Below are positions 48,775 to 60,390 of a stretch of 64,000 nucleotides of DNA, one piece after another (positions within the stretch are counted from its first letter, which is position 1; each line of letters starts with the position of its first letter). A program made the translations under genes and the position numbers. The stretch comes from Candidatus Latescibacterota bacterium (lineage in GTDB: Bacteria > Latescibacterota > UBA2968): positions 4,928,001 through 4,992,000 of the forward strand of contig OZ240241.1 of assembly GCA_965198115.1 (NCBI GenBank). Direction: 5' to 3'. Under the pieces are notes generated by a model. That model was not told the DNA's origin, made no database searches, and worked only from the letters and a program-made list of their open reading frames with translations.

Positions 48775-50253
48775 TCACGTCAATGACAACACGCCGCCTC
48801 CCCCAGTCTGCGGCGGTACGGGCCAGTGACTTCCGCGCTGGCCGGTGAGGCCCCGGTTTGGGCCGGGCTCGTATGTTCTATCGGGCAATCCAATGTATTG
48901 TCCGTCCTTCACCCACGCTTCATCTCCCCCGTAGAATTGCTTCGCCAACTTGTCCCTCAGGTCGGTTTCCACGGCTGAATAGGCGGGCTGACCGATCAGG
49001 TCTTCCATTTCGTCCGGATCCTTTTCGAGATCGAACAGATGTGCGCGGTTGCCGACGGGGTAGTAGATGAGTTTGTGACGTCCGTCGTGCATCATCCGGG
49101 TGGCGTTCGCGCCGTTGCCGACCTCTCCGTAGAGATAGGAACGCGTGCTGTCGCCGACCATCGAGATGCCTTCGACGGTGTCCGGGATGTCGACGCCGGC
49201 GAGGTCAGGAGTGTCGGCATCACGTCCTGCCAGCCGACGAGACGATCGTCGACTCGATGATGACCGACGCGATCGTCATCGGCTGCTCCGACGAGGATCA
49301 TCGGGACCTGAGCCGAGTTCTCGTAGAAGAGACGCTTTGCCCACTGGTGGTGGTTGCCGAGCATATCTCCGTGGTCGGACGTGAAGCAGACGATCGTGTT
49401 GTCGAGCAATCGCTCCTCTCGCAGCGTGCCCAGGACGATTCTCAGTTGGTGATCCGATGTGCGTGCACATCGCGTAGAACGCCCGCCGAGCGGATCGGAT
49501 CTGTTCGTCTGTGAAGGCGTCCCAGGAGTTTCTGCGCGTTTGGAGCGCGAAGGGCAGCGTATCGAGGTTCTGCGCCCAGGATCCGATGTAGGGCACGTCA
49601 GGCTCGAGGTCTCGATACATATCGACGTAGCAGGGGAGGGGTATGAGGGGCGGGTGAGGGTGGCAATAGGACAGATAGTAGAAGCCGGGTTTGGACGGAT
49701 CGCGACGTTGGATCAGTCGCGCCATCTGTTGCGTGGTCCAATTTGTGATGTGACAGTGTTCGGGCAGATGCCACGGCCGATTGAGGTAGTCGTTGTTGTT
49801 CATGCCGTGGGCGAACATCTTGCCGGCGTAACCTTGATCGCCCAGGAACAGTTCGTAGTCGTCGACGGCGTCGAACTGGGCGCGGCCCTCCTCGTGGAGC
49901 ACGACGTCGTCGAACCCGATGCGATCACGCTGGGGATAGACGTGCAGCTTACCCGACGCGAAGGCCTGGTAACCGGAGTCTCGAAACGTCTGAGCGAGCG
50001 TGGGGATGTCGGGCATCCGAAGCGTTTCGTTGAAATCGCGATCACCGTGGGTGCGTGGCGTCGTGCCCGTCATCAGCGTGCGGCGAGCGGGGATGCAGAC
50101 AGGACATTCGCTGTAGGCCCGTGGGAAGCGGCATCCGTTCCTCGCGAGCTGGTCGAGCGTCGGTGTCTGGATCGTCGGATGACCGGCGATTCCGAGGAGC
50201 GATCCGGGCCAGTGATCGGTGCAGACTAGAAGGACATTCGGGTGATCGGGCAT
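48775..50253 (-). pseudogene. Sulfatase with two indels (about 49455 and 49205; possible assembly errors)
   Basis: PNVLL..TDH, CIPAR, GKLH, HPHPP and FTSDHGD motifs. Confidence 0.88.
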
Positions 50254-50520
50254 TGGGTAAACCTCAGGCTGAACCACCAAGGCACCAAGACTCCAAGAAC
50301 GGATAACCGGAACACGAAGGCGCGAAGAACACAATTGGATGAGAGTAGATGGAGAGCACGAATTTCGGTGGTACATCAGCTTCGAATGCGTGTACGATCA
50401 TTATCCATCTCGTGTGACTGAGGTCTTCAGGCGACCACAGATCTTGTTCCCGATAGGGCCACCAGGCATCCTGGTACCTCCCCATCCGTGTTCATCCGTG
50501 TCCATCGGTGGAACGCTCTT

Positions 50521-51381
50521 ATGCCGGAATCTCTGATCTATAAACGCACATCAGATTGCGACATCCACCTCGACGTCCATCGGCCGAACGAGCCTAACGG
50601 TCACGTCATCGTGTGGATCCACGGCGGCGCCCTGATCGGGGGATCGCGGGCAGTGCAGCCAGCCCGTCTTACCCACTATCTCGACGCGGGCTATACGGTT
50701 TTTTCGATCGACTACCGGCTCGCACCTGAGACGAAGCTCCCCGAGATCATCGAGGACGTGCGGGATGCGCTCGCGTGGGTTCGGGCAAACGGTCGGGAGG
50801 TGACGGACGTCGATCCGACGCGAATGGGCGTGGTCGGTCACTCTGCCGGCGGGTATTTGTCGCTCATGACCGGCACCTTCGACGCGCCGCCCAACGCCAT
50901 CGTCGCATTCTACGGTTATGGGGACCTCATCGGGGACTGGTACGCAAAGCCCGATGTCTTCTACCGCAACACGCAACCCCTCGTGTCCGAATCCGATGCC
51001 TTCGCGTTGGTAGCGGGCCCGCCGGTCACGAACGCCGACGAACGTGAAGGCCCGACGAAATTCTATCTCTACTGTCGGCAGCAGGGCCTCTGGCCGCTGC
51101 ACGTCGGGGGTCATAACCCGTTGACCGACGCGGCCTTCTACTGCCCCGAGCGAAACGTGGCGCCTAACTATCCTCCGACGATGATGCTCCACGGCGACAA
51201 TGACACGGATGTCCCCTACGAACAGTCCGTCCAGATGTCGGGGGCCCTGAGAGGTCGCGACATCCCGCACGAACTCATCACCATCGCCGGAGGCGGCCAC
51301 GGCTTCGAATGGGCAGAAGACGATCCCCAGGTCGTCGCGGCGTGGCATCGTGTCATCGCCTTCCTCCAGGAACACGTGTGA
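50521..51381 (+). CDS. Alpha/beta hydrolase (esterase)
   Basis: HGGA, DYRLAPE, GHSAGG, HGDNDTDVP and GHGF motifs. Confidence 0.93.
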   Translation: MPESLIYKRTSDCDIHLDVHRPNEPNGHVIVWIHGGALIGGSRAVQPARLTHYLDAGYTVFSIDYRLAPETKLPEIIEDVRDALAWVRANGREVTDVDPTRMGVVGHSAGGYLSLMTGTFDAPPNAIVAFYGYGDLIGDWYAKPDVFYRNTQPLVSESDAFALVAGPPVTNADEREGPTKFYLYCRQQGLWPLHVGGHNPLTDAAFYCPERNVAPNYPPTMMLHGDNDTDVPYEQSVQMSGALRGRDIPHELITIAGGGHGFEWAEDDPQVVAAWHRVIAFLQEHV

Positions 51382-52451
51382 ACCGAAAGCATCTCAAAAT
51401 CTTTTCCGACGTGCTGTCGCTCCCGACGGCGCCCTTGCACGAACACCGAGTCGCAGCCTATGTCCGCGACTTTGCCAGGCGCCTGGGTCTTCCGATCAAG
51501 GAAGATCGATTCGGTAACCTCGTCATTCGGTATCAACGAAGGAAAACAAGCCCGGTCGCACTGACCGCGCACACGGATCATCCCGGCTTCACAGTCACGG
51601 GCGGCGATGGAAGAGAACTCGAAGCAGAGTGGCTCGGCGGCCACGACCCTGACCACTTCCCCGGCGGTCGTGTCATCGTCCAGACAAACGATGGACCGGT
51701 CCAGGGACGCGCGTCATCCCCTGTCGGGAAGGATCGTGGGTTCGAGATCACCGCCAGGCGGAAGATCGCTGATGTAGAAGGTGCCTACGGCTACTGGAAC
51801 CTCACCCCATTCGAGGTGGACCGCGACCGCATCACAACGAAGGCGGCCGACAACCTCGCAGGCTGCGCCGCAATCCTGGCCGCGATAGACGAGCTCGTAA
51901 CAGAAAAGGCAAAAGCCGATCTGTGGGCTGTTTTCACGCGGGCGGAGGAAATCGGGCTCGTCGGCGCGGGCGGATTAGTCGAGGCTCGAACGCTGCCCAA
52001 ACGCGTGCCCCTGATCGTCCTCGAAGCCAGCAGAGCCCTACCGGGAGCCGTCATCGGCAGCGGACCCGTCATTCGGGTGGGCGACCGTCTCAGCGTATTC
52101 GATCCCACGATTGAGCACTCGCTCCACGACTTGGCGCAGGACATCTCGCATAGAGACCGACGCTTTGCCTATCAGCGCCAGCTCATGTCGGGCGGCGTCT
52201 GCGAAGCCAGCGTCTATGTGCTCCACGGTTACCGCGTCGGTGCTCTCGCATTCCCCCTCGGAAATTACCACAACCAGGGGAAGCGATGGCCCGCACCCGA
52301 ATACATCTCCCGTAACGACGCCCGCAACATGATCCGTTTCTGCCATGAAATCGCGCTCCACCCACCCCACGGCGACGCCTGGGATCCTATGCGAAAACGC
52401 TGGGCCTCCCGATACGCTGTTTTCCGAGACCGCCTCATCGCCACCCGTTGA
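51378..52451 (+). CDS. M20/M28/M42-type metallopeptidase
   Basis: DRFGN, AHTDHPG, ADNLAG, RAEEIG, GGVCEA and LGNYH motifs. Confidence 0.85.
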   Translation: MNRKHLKIFSDVLSLPTAPLHEHRVAAYVRDFARRLGLPIKEDRFGNLVIRYQRRKTSPVALTAHTDHPGFTVTGGDGRELEAEWLGGHDPDHFPGGRVIVQTNDGPVQGRASSPVGKDRGFEITARRKIADVEGAYGYWNLTPFEVDRDRITTKAADNLAGCAAILAAIDELVTEKAKADLWAVFTRAEEIGLVGAGGLVEARTLPKRVPLIVLEASRALPGAVIGSGPVIRVGDRLSVFDPTIEHSLHDLAQDISHRDRRFAYQRQLMSGGVCEASVYVLHGYRVGALAFPLGNYHNQGKRWPAPEYISRNDARNMIRFCHEIALHPPHGDAWDPMRKRWASRYAVFRDRLIATR

Positions 52452-52634
52452 GTTCAAAAAGCCATCGCAAATGGCACACATTGAAAACGGAATCCCGGCA
52501 ACGTTCTATCCGGTTCACTTGCAGTTTCAAGTCGCGACCTACGTCGATCTACCTTCCCGGTAGGGCAACAGTCGTGGGGTACTTCCTATCAGTGTCCATC
52601 AGTGTCCATCTGTGGTTCCAAAAGGAGTCTTTCA

Positions 52635-52952
52635 ATGATCCACGAACTCAGAACCTACCGCGTGCCCGACGGCCGCATGCCTGACATCCTCGGTCGTTTC
52701 GAAAACATCACATTCGGCCTGTTCGATCGACACGGCATCAAGGTCGTCGGCTTCTGGACCAAGCGGGATGCCAACGAACTCGTCTACATCTGCGAGTACG
52801 CCGACGAATCTCAGATGAACGCACAGTGGGAGGCATTTCGCGCGGATCCCGATTGGGTCGCGGCGAGAGAGAAAACCGAAGCCAACGGACCCATCGTCGA
52901 GGAAGTCATCTCCGAAATTTTGGAGCCGACCTCATTCTCACCACTGAGGTAA
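52635..52952 (+). CDS. NIPSNAP family protein
   Basis: IHELRTY, WEAFRADPDW and PTSFSP motifs; AAGGAG RBS. Confidence 0.92.
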   Translation: MIHELRTYRVPDGRMPDILGRFENITFGLFDRHGIKVVGFWTKRDANELVYICEYADESQMNAQWEAFRADPDWVAAREKTEANGPIVEEVISEILEPTSFSPLR

Positions 52953-53088
52953 GGCTGTGGGAATCTGCCCTCCGTCTTCCGTCATCTGACGAGGCGAAGC
53001 CGCCCGACGAGGCCGCGTAGCGGCGCAGTTGAGTCTCTACTCTTGTCACCTGTCAATGGTCACTGGTCATTCTCCACTGGAATCCCGA

Positions 53089-54548
53089 ATGCCTTCTCCG
53101 AACATCCTCATCCTCATGACGGATCAACACAGCAAGTATCACCTCGGCTGCTACGACGACAAGGTCGTGCGCACACCGAACCTAGATGCCTTGGCGGCAA
53201 GAGGCGTCACCCTCGACAACGCCTACTGCGCCTCGCCCGTCTGTGTCCCGAGCCGAATGTCATTCATGACCGGCCGTCGTCCGTCCACCAACGAGGTCTG
53301 GAACAACAACCACGTACTGCGGTCGGACATTCCCACGTGGGCACACGCGCTCGGCGCCTCCGGCTATGAAACATCCCTGATCGGCCGGATGCATTTCCTC
53401 GGCCCCGACCAGCGTCACGGGTTCGAGCGTCGGCCTCTCGGGGAATACGGGGCCCGGCACCCGGGGGCCAGTCGTCAGGGTGGTGTGCTCCTCGACAAGC
53501 TCTCGGGCACTGCCGGCCAGGACAGACGGTCGGTCGAAGTCGCCGGCCGGGGTCGCACCACCTATCAGGCCTTCGACGACGCGGTGACTGAGGCGACTTG
53601 CTCGTTTCTCCAGGATAAGGGGGCGAACCGGGCGATCGACCGTTTGCCGCCCTCGCCGGTTTTATCCTCCCCCACTGCCCTTTCGCGGCACCGAACGACC
53701 TCTTCGACTACTACTACGACCGCGTGGATGTTCCACAGCCGGACGAGCGAGAACGTGCGGGCGAGCCACCGGCCATCACGAAGTTCAAACAGCTGCGAGG
53801 CCTCTATCCTCCGCTGGACGAAGAGCGCATCCGTGTGGCGCGCGCCGCTTACTTCGGTCTGTGCGAATATTTTGACGGAAAGGCGGGTGAGATCCTCTCC
53901 GCGTTAAACGCCGCGGGTCTGAGCGACCACACCCTCGTCATCTACTGCAGTGACCACGGCGAGATGGCGGGGGAACACGGATGTTGGTGGAAGAGCAACT
54001 ACTATGAGGGCTCTGTCGGTGTCCCGTTCATTGCGAGCCTTCCCGGCACCCTTCCCGAGGGCTCGCGATCAGGCACGATCAGCAACCTGATGGACGTGGG
54101 CCCAACCCTTCTGGACCTCGTCGGCGGCGATCCGATGCCGGCCGTTGACGGACGATCGATCCTTCCATCGCTCACGAATCCCCGAACCGAGGTCGAGGGA
54201 GAGACGTTCAGCGAACACGTGGGCAGAGAGGGGATACCATCCCGCATGGTGCGCCGCGGCCCCTGGAAGCTCTACAAATACAACGACACGACACCGCCCG
54301 CTCTGTTCAACCTCGAGGAGGACCCGGGCGAGCTCCACGATCTCGGGCGAGACCCCGCATCGGCTGACGTTAGACACGCGCTGCTGCAAAGGATCTACGA
54401 CGGATGGGATCCGGACGATGTCCTGCGCCGAATCGGTGAGCGCGATCGCGACCTGCGGCTGGTTGAAGCGTGGGGCCGCGCAGTAGAGCCCAAACACCCG
54501 GACACGCTCCCTATTCCGGTCGACGCGGAGGACGTGGAGCTCCTCTGA
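53089..54548 (+). pseudogene. Choline-sulfatase-like sulfatase with a frameshift in a G run near 53620
   Basis: PNILILMTDQH, CVPSRMSFMTG and SDHGEMAGEHG motifs. Confidence 0.88.
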
Positions 54549-54585
54549 TCGAGCGTCGACCGTTCGCTAACCTTTTAGCGGACAC

Positions 54586-55229
54586 TAACTAAACCTTGGT
54601 AAGCCCCCGGCTCTGCCGGGGAGACTCCCAGAGTTTGACAGTTCCAGAAATATGTAAGAGCCTCCCTTGCCGTGGACCGCTTCAAAGCACACGGAAGGAA
54701 GGCTCTCTAATGAACAACGTAAGGAGTCTACGTCACACGGTATGGGAGTGCAAGTATGACGTTGTTTGGGTTCGGAAGTATCGTAGAAAAGTGTTGTATG
54801 GTGAAATTCGTCGCTATCTGGGCGAGGTGATTCGGGATCTGGCCGCACAGAAGGAATGCCGTGTGGAAGAGGGTCACCTGCGATCCGACCATGTGCACAT
54901 GCTGATTTCGATCCCGCCGAAGCACTCAGTAGCTCAGACGGTAGGGTTCATCAAAGGAAAGAGTGCGATTCACATTGCTCGGAACTATCTGGGACGCAGG
55001 TCGAACTTCACCGGGCAGCATTTCTGGGCAAGAGGCTACTGGGTCTCCACCGTTGGCAAGGATGAACAGACGGTTCGGGAGTATATCCAGAACCAGGAGC
55101 GGGAGGACCGGCGTCTCGACCAGCTCAACATTTTCAGGTAATCGCCACCTTTAGGTGGCGCTTGGTTTCCAACCGCTTTGAGCGGTTCACAAGTTTTCAA
55201 GCCTCCGGCTTTGCCGGAGGTCATGACTT
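54586..55229 (+). mobile_element. IS200/IS605-family element (tnpA only)
   Basis: Terminal hairpins CCCCGGCTCTGCCGGGG and CCTCCGGCTTTGCCGGAGG; no tnpB. Confidence 0.88.
54710..55141 (+). CDS. tnpA: Y1 HUH transposase
   Basis: DHVHML, IKGKSA, FWARGY and YIQNQ motifs. Confidence 0.93.
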   Translation: MNNVRSLRHTVWECKYDVVWVRKYRRKVLYGEIRRYLGEVIRDLAAQKECRVEEGHLRSDHVHMLISIPPKHSVAQTVGFIKGKSAIHIARNYLGRRSNFTGQHFWARGYWVSTVGKDEQTVREYIQNQEREDRRLDQLNIFR

Positions 55230-55291
55230 ATTTTGACTATCACGCTCGTCGGCACGGTTCTGTATCGTATATTTTCCGACGTGCTTCAGCC

Positions 55292-57444
55292 ATGACCGAT
55301 CCCGACCCCACCGCCACGAATCACGCCCGGAACTATACGCTCCTGGGCGTTGGATTTGGATTGATCTTCCCCCTCGTCGCTCTCATCATCGACGAGAGCG
55401 GAAGGGGCCTGTCCATGTCCCTCTCCACGTTCTACTTCATCTATTCGACGCAGCCGCTCCACCTCATCATCGATACCGCCCCGATTCTCCTCGGGTTTTT
55501 TGCCTACCTCGCTGGTGCACGGCACGATCGGATCGCCCGGCTTTACCTTCGGCAATCGCGTGAGCTGAGACATCAGTCCGCTTATCAGCGGGAGACATCC
55601 GTCGCCCTGGACGAACGCGACCGTCTGCTGCAGGCGATCCAGACGATTACGGACTCGGTCACCTCGACACTCGACTTGAACGACATCGTCCACTCGTTGT
55701 CCCAACAGATCGTAGAGTTCGGCATCCTCGACAATGTGACAGTAGCCCTCGTCGATCACGAAGAGCAACACGTGAGAGTGGTAGCCACGATCCAGCGGAG
55801 TGAAGAGGATACCCTCGATCGCGAGACAAGAAGCAACCTCATCGGATTGACCTATCCCCTGGACGACGTCAGCATCGCTGCCGAGGTCGCCCGAACGGGG
55901 GTGCGACAGATTATCGAAGGGTGGGACGACCGCTTCGACAGGACGGTCGTCGATCCCGAGGAAACCCTCGGAAGCGTGTCCTTCTTCCTTCCGATCAGAC
56001 ACGCCGGACGTACGCACGCCGTCGTCGCAACAGGAGGTCCCCTTTCCAAGAAACAGGTGATTTTCGAGCGCATCGAATCGATGGATCTGTTCTTTCGACA
56101 CGTGGGCGTCGCGCTCGAGCACGGCCACCTCGTCAGAGATCTCCAGACCTCCAGAGACCAGGCCGAGGCATCAAGCCGATTCATCCGGGGACTCTACGAA
56201 ATCGCCTCGAACGATCAGTGGGATATCGAAAGCCAAATCGTCGAAACGCTCAAGATGGGTTGCACGCTCCTCTCCTCCGAGGTCGGAATCGTTGCGAGCG
56301 TCGAAGGGTCGACGCTCAGAATTACCCACATCCACGCCCCCAACTACGAATCGGTTCGTTCGGAGTGGGAACTCGATGAAACTTACTGCGAGGCCGTGGT
56401 CCGCACTGAAGACATCGTTGCAATAGATCGAGCGACCGGATCCGAGTGGGCGTGCCATAAATCCTTCGAACGACACGGCTTCGAATCTTTCATCGGCGTA
56501 CCCATCTGGATTGAGGGTAGACTGTTCGGAACGCTCAGCTTCTTCAGCAAGGGAGAACGTGACAGCGAATTCAACGAGAGCGAGGTCGAATTCATCCGGC
56601 TCGTTGGACAGTGGACGTCGGCCATGGTCGGCCGCCTAAGGGCGGAGCGCGAACTCGAGCACCTTTTCGGACTCTCCATCGGCCTGCTCGCCATCGCCGG
56701 ACTCGAGGGAAACTTCATCCGGGTTAACCCGGCTTTCTCGCGCATCCTGGGTTTCGAGAATCACGAACTCGCCGGCATGCGTTACGTCGACATCGTCCAC
56801 CCAGACGACCGTCGCAGCTCCGTCCGTGAATTCGCCCGGCTCCGGAAGGGCAAGACCACTTTTTACTTCGAGAACCGGTGTCTCGTAAAAGACGGGGATT
56901 TACCGCTGGCTGGCCTGGACGGGGGTACCCGATCTCCAGGCGGGTGTCGCTTATTGTGCCGCCCACGACATCACACGCCTCAAAGAGACGGAAGCGGATC
57001 TCGAATCCCAGGTGTCCAAGCAATCGGCGCTGGCGAGAATCACGCGGGCGATTATGGCGATGAAGCGGCCTTCGGACCTTCACGACGTTGTCGTTGCCTG
57101 CAACGAGGAACTAAACAGGCTGGATATCGCACATCGCGGCCTTGCCATCCACAGACTGCTCGATGAGGGAAGCAAGACCTTCGAAAGCTATGTGGTCGAT
57201 GCTCAAGGCCAGGTCAATGTCTTGCGGGGAGCCATCTCGAATGTCCATAGAATGTGGAAAACGGGCGAAACAACCTATCGTGCGGATGTTCTGGCCAGCG
57301 GAGGCGGCATCGAACAGAAGGACTTGCAGGCTATTCAGCGACGCTTTGGTGACATCCGAACAATCCTCGATGTGCCTCACGCATCTGGAACGCTCGCTCT
57401 CCTCAGTGAGGAGATAGATGCCTTTTCGCCGGAGGATATCGAGT
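55292..57444 (+). pseudogene. Membrane GAF-GAF-PAS(-GAF) sensor protein, frameshifted near 56900 and truncated by IS256
   Basis: 2-TM N-terminus; TYCE..FIGVPI..FGTLSF GAF; VNPAF..VHPDD PAS; the output domain is missing. Confidence 0.8.
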
Positions 57445-57489
57445 GGTCAAGTCCCATAGTCAGTTGAAACTCATCGGGCTCCGTGGTAT

Positions 57490-58737
57490 TCATGCTCTCT
57501 GCCGAGCATCTTGATTGTCGCCGAGATTCAGGTTGTTTTTCAGTGCTTGCCTGAGCAGCGGGAGGTGTTTGTATCCGCTCACGCGTCGCAGGCGTGGTTC
57601 GATGTCGAGGAGTGCGGCCGCGACCCATCTGTGTCGCTGAGGAGAGTTGTTCCAGCGGTTGACCTTCCGTATCAGGTTGCCGGTCATGCTGTTGAGCGCC
57701 TCGATGCAATTGGTGGTTCGGAAGCTTCGCTTCAAGAACGGGAGCATCCCCAGCCGGTGGAGGGTCAGGGTTTCCTCCAGTCCTTCCTCGAGGCTTGCCA
57801 CGGCAGACTGATTCATCAGCTTGAGTTCGGGTTTGAGTGATTCGAGTGCGGCCTTTGCCTCCTCGTAGGTGTCGCAGTCATAGGCTTTCTGAAGTTTCCG
57901 TCGAACTCTTGGACGTTCTGCCTCCGGGAGGTAGCTGACGACGTTCTCGCGCTTGTGCCACTGACAGCGATGCACGCACACATCCCCTTTGAGGGCTTTG
58001 GTGACGGCACTGCGGAGTCCCTTTGAGCCGTCCAGCACAACGAGAAGGCCCTGGTCGTAGCACAGGCCTCTCCGGATGAGATCCTGGATCAGCTGACGGC
58101 AGATCCGTTCGTTCTCCGTCGCCGATTCGACGAAGCCCAGGGGGATCTTCTGGCCGTCCGTCGTGACGCCCAGAGCGATCACGATCTCTTCGTCGGCAAA
58201 GCTCTTTCCGTCGATGAACAGGGCGACCAAGTCGTAGTCGTCGAGCGGTCGTTCCTGGAACTGCTTCAGCTTCTTTGCGGTGGCTTTGATGAACCGTCGC
58301 GAGACGGAGGATGCCGAAATTCCGAACGCTTCGGGTACCGACTCTGCACAGGCTCTGTAGTTGCGACAGGAGATTCCCTTGAGCACACGAAGCAGCAGCT
58401 TCTCATCCATCGCTCTGGGCCTCTGCATCCCCCGGTATGCGGCCAGAGAAACCTCCGTATCGGACTCGACGTCGCGCACACGGGGAACGGCCACCGGCAG
58501 CTTCTGGTCCATCAGATACACGGACCCTTTCTGGCTTCCCCATCGACGATGCGACTGCTCTGAACCCTTACGCGCATACCGAACGCCTGCGAGCTGCTCC
58601 ACCTCCTGCTGGAGCACGTCGGCAACGGCCTCCAGACCCAGCGGAATCAGCGCCCGGATCACCGATAAACGCGTCTCCAAATCCATAACGTCTGACCCAA
58701 CCTTGACTTCGCCATCCCCTGCAAATAGCTTCTCCAT
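57490..58737 (-). CDS. IS256 transposase
   Basis: LFIDGK, LDGSKGL, RCQWHKRENV and TTNCIE motifs. Confidence 0.93.
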   Translation of the reverse strand: MEKLFAGDGEVKVGSDVMDLETRLSVIRALIPLGLEAVADVLQQEVEQLAGVRYARKGSEQSHRRWGSQKGSVYLMDQKLPVAVPRVRDVESDTEVSLAAYRGMQRPRAMDEKLLLRVLKGISCRNYRACAESVPEAFGISASSVSRRFIKATAKKLKQFQERPLDDYDLVALFIDGKSFADEEIVIALGVTTDGQKIPLGFVESATENERICRQLIQDLIRRGLCYDQGLLVVLDGSKGLRSAVTKALKGDVCVHRCQWHKRENVVSYLPEAERPRVRRKLQKAYDCDTYEEAKAALESLKPELKLMNQSAVASLEEGLEETLTLHRLGMLPFLKRSFRTTNCIEALNSMTGNLIRKVNRWNNSPQRHRWVAAALLDIEPRLRRVSGYKHLPLLRQALKNNLNLGDNQDARQRA

Positions 58738-58817
58738 CGTGGGCTCCTTTCTTACGGGTACACGCTCTCACACGTCTACCCACAACGTAAGTTTGGAGCC
58801 CTTTAAGTTTCAACTAG

Positions 58818-60371
58818 GAGCCTGTCGGGTTACACCCGGAAGCTCGTTGAGATTAAGTCCAGCTGAGTCTGTCAGCGACCGGTTACCTTCGTTTTTTCCT
58901 TGAGCCGAGTTCCTCTTCGGGATCAGGTAGCCAATGAGAGTCGATAGAGTTTCAGAAGGTTGTGTGTGAGACAGATCAGGTTCCATTCTCTGATGACTTT
59001 GTGGATTCGGCGGAATGAGAATCGGGTGAAGTTCCGAACGGATTTGATCTGTCCAAACACGGGTTCGATGATCTGTTTTCTTTTCCAGTAGGTGCAGCGA
59101 CCTTTCTGTGTGAGAAGCTTTCTCGCCATTTTGTCTTTCGTCGTTGCGCCCTTGGGGATCCGTCCCCTGGGGCAGGTCGCGATGGGCGTTCCATGTTTTT
59201 GTTTTGTCGTCGCCACATAGAGGTCGACGCCATCTGATTGAACCTGATCGACCTGACTTTGGTTGAAGTATCCGGTGTCGGCAGTGAGGTGCTTGGGTGT
59301 CGTGCCGCCCATATTCGCTCTGATCTGGTTGACCATAGGTGTCATCTGGTTCTTGTCATCAGCTTCTTGGGTGACGTCGGCAGCAACGACAATCTGGGCC
59401 TTGTCATCCACAGCAGCTTGGCAGTTGTAGGCTTGAAGGAATTGGCCCCCTGAGACCATGATCCGTGAGTCGGGATCGGTGAAGTTCAGTTGTTCCTTTC
59501 AGTCGGGCTCTTTCGATGGAGGCTTGGGCTTACGTCCACGACCGCCGCGGCGCTCCCGGGCCTTTACCTTCTCTTCATACGCTGCCTGCTTCTCAGGAAA
59601 CTCAGCCTCCGCTTCGGCTTCGATCTCGGCTATTGCGTCGCGGATTACTTTGAGTCGAGTCTCCCGGTGCTGCAACTCCTCGGGCAACTCGTCGCCGCGG
59701 TTGTCCTTTCCGTAGAGTTCGTCTTCGGCCGCGTCAGTGGCTTCGGCCTCGGTCAAGAGTCTGCGCACTTCGGCCTCGATCTCGGCTTCTTTCTTCTTCA
59801 TCCGGCCGTAGCTCATCGCTTTGTGTTTTGAGGCATTTGCTTTGACTTTCGTGCCATCCAACGCCACGTGTCCCAGCTTCACCAGACCTGCCTTCACGCA
59901 GAGACACAGCACTTGCCTGAACAGACCTGAGAGGGCATCCAGATGCCGTTGACGAAAGGTCGATATCGTGTCGTGATCAGGATGCTGATCCAGGCTGAGC
60001 ACACGGAAAGCAACCGAGTCATAGGTCGCACGCTCGATCTTGCGGGAACTCCTGATGCCTTCACAGTAACCATACAGCAGTAGGCTCACCATCATCCGGG
60101 GATCATACGGTGGCTGGCCACCTTGAGACCCATCGTAGGTCTCGTAGATCGCGGACAAATCAAGTTGTCCGACGATATCCAGAATGAAGTAGGTCGGATG
60201 ACCCTTGGGAAGCCAACTCCGGAGATCCGGAGGCAGCAACATCAACTGAGCCGGATTGTAGACACGAAACCGAGTAGAAGTGCTCAACGGAAACCTCCAA
60301 TTCAGAGTCGGAACCTTGATCGCACTTCTACAATACGAAATCTTCCTCCGGCTGGGTACTCCGACAGGCTC
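58818..60371 (-). mobile_element. IS1182-family element (1554 bp)
   Basis: TIR GAGCCTGTCGG/CCGACAGGCTC; CTAG duplicated on both sides. Confidence 0.92.
58923..60287 (-). pseudogene. IS1182 transposase with an in-frame TGA at 59499-59501
   Basis: PYDPRMM, SSRKIE, DGTKVKANAS, TDPDSRIM, ADTGY and EPVFGQIK are all in one frame. Confidence 0.88.
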
Positions 60372-60390
60372 CTAGGATAGGGACCTCCCC

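Larger units (their letters stand above)
57445..60390 (-). mobile_element. IS256-family element whose far TIR is interrupted by IS1182
   Basis: TIR GGTCAAGTCCC..AGTTGAAACT; the other TIR is restored as AGTTTCAACTAGGATAGGGACCTCCCC after removing IS1182. Confidence 0.85.

Noticed and set aside
54586-55229. TnpB/omega-RNA system at the IS200/IS605 element
   Set aside because: Only about 90 bp lie between the tnpA stop and the right end; there is no tnpB.
48775-57166. Programmed frameshifting in the two sulfatases and the sensor gene
   Set aside because: Single-copy 1-bp indels, mostly in short homopolymers; sequencing error or decay is the simpler explanation.
45938-60287. Genome-wide TGA reassignment suggested by two in-frame TGAs
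   Set aside because: Many conserved genes end at TGA with coupled ATGA/GTGA overlaps, so TGA is a stop.
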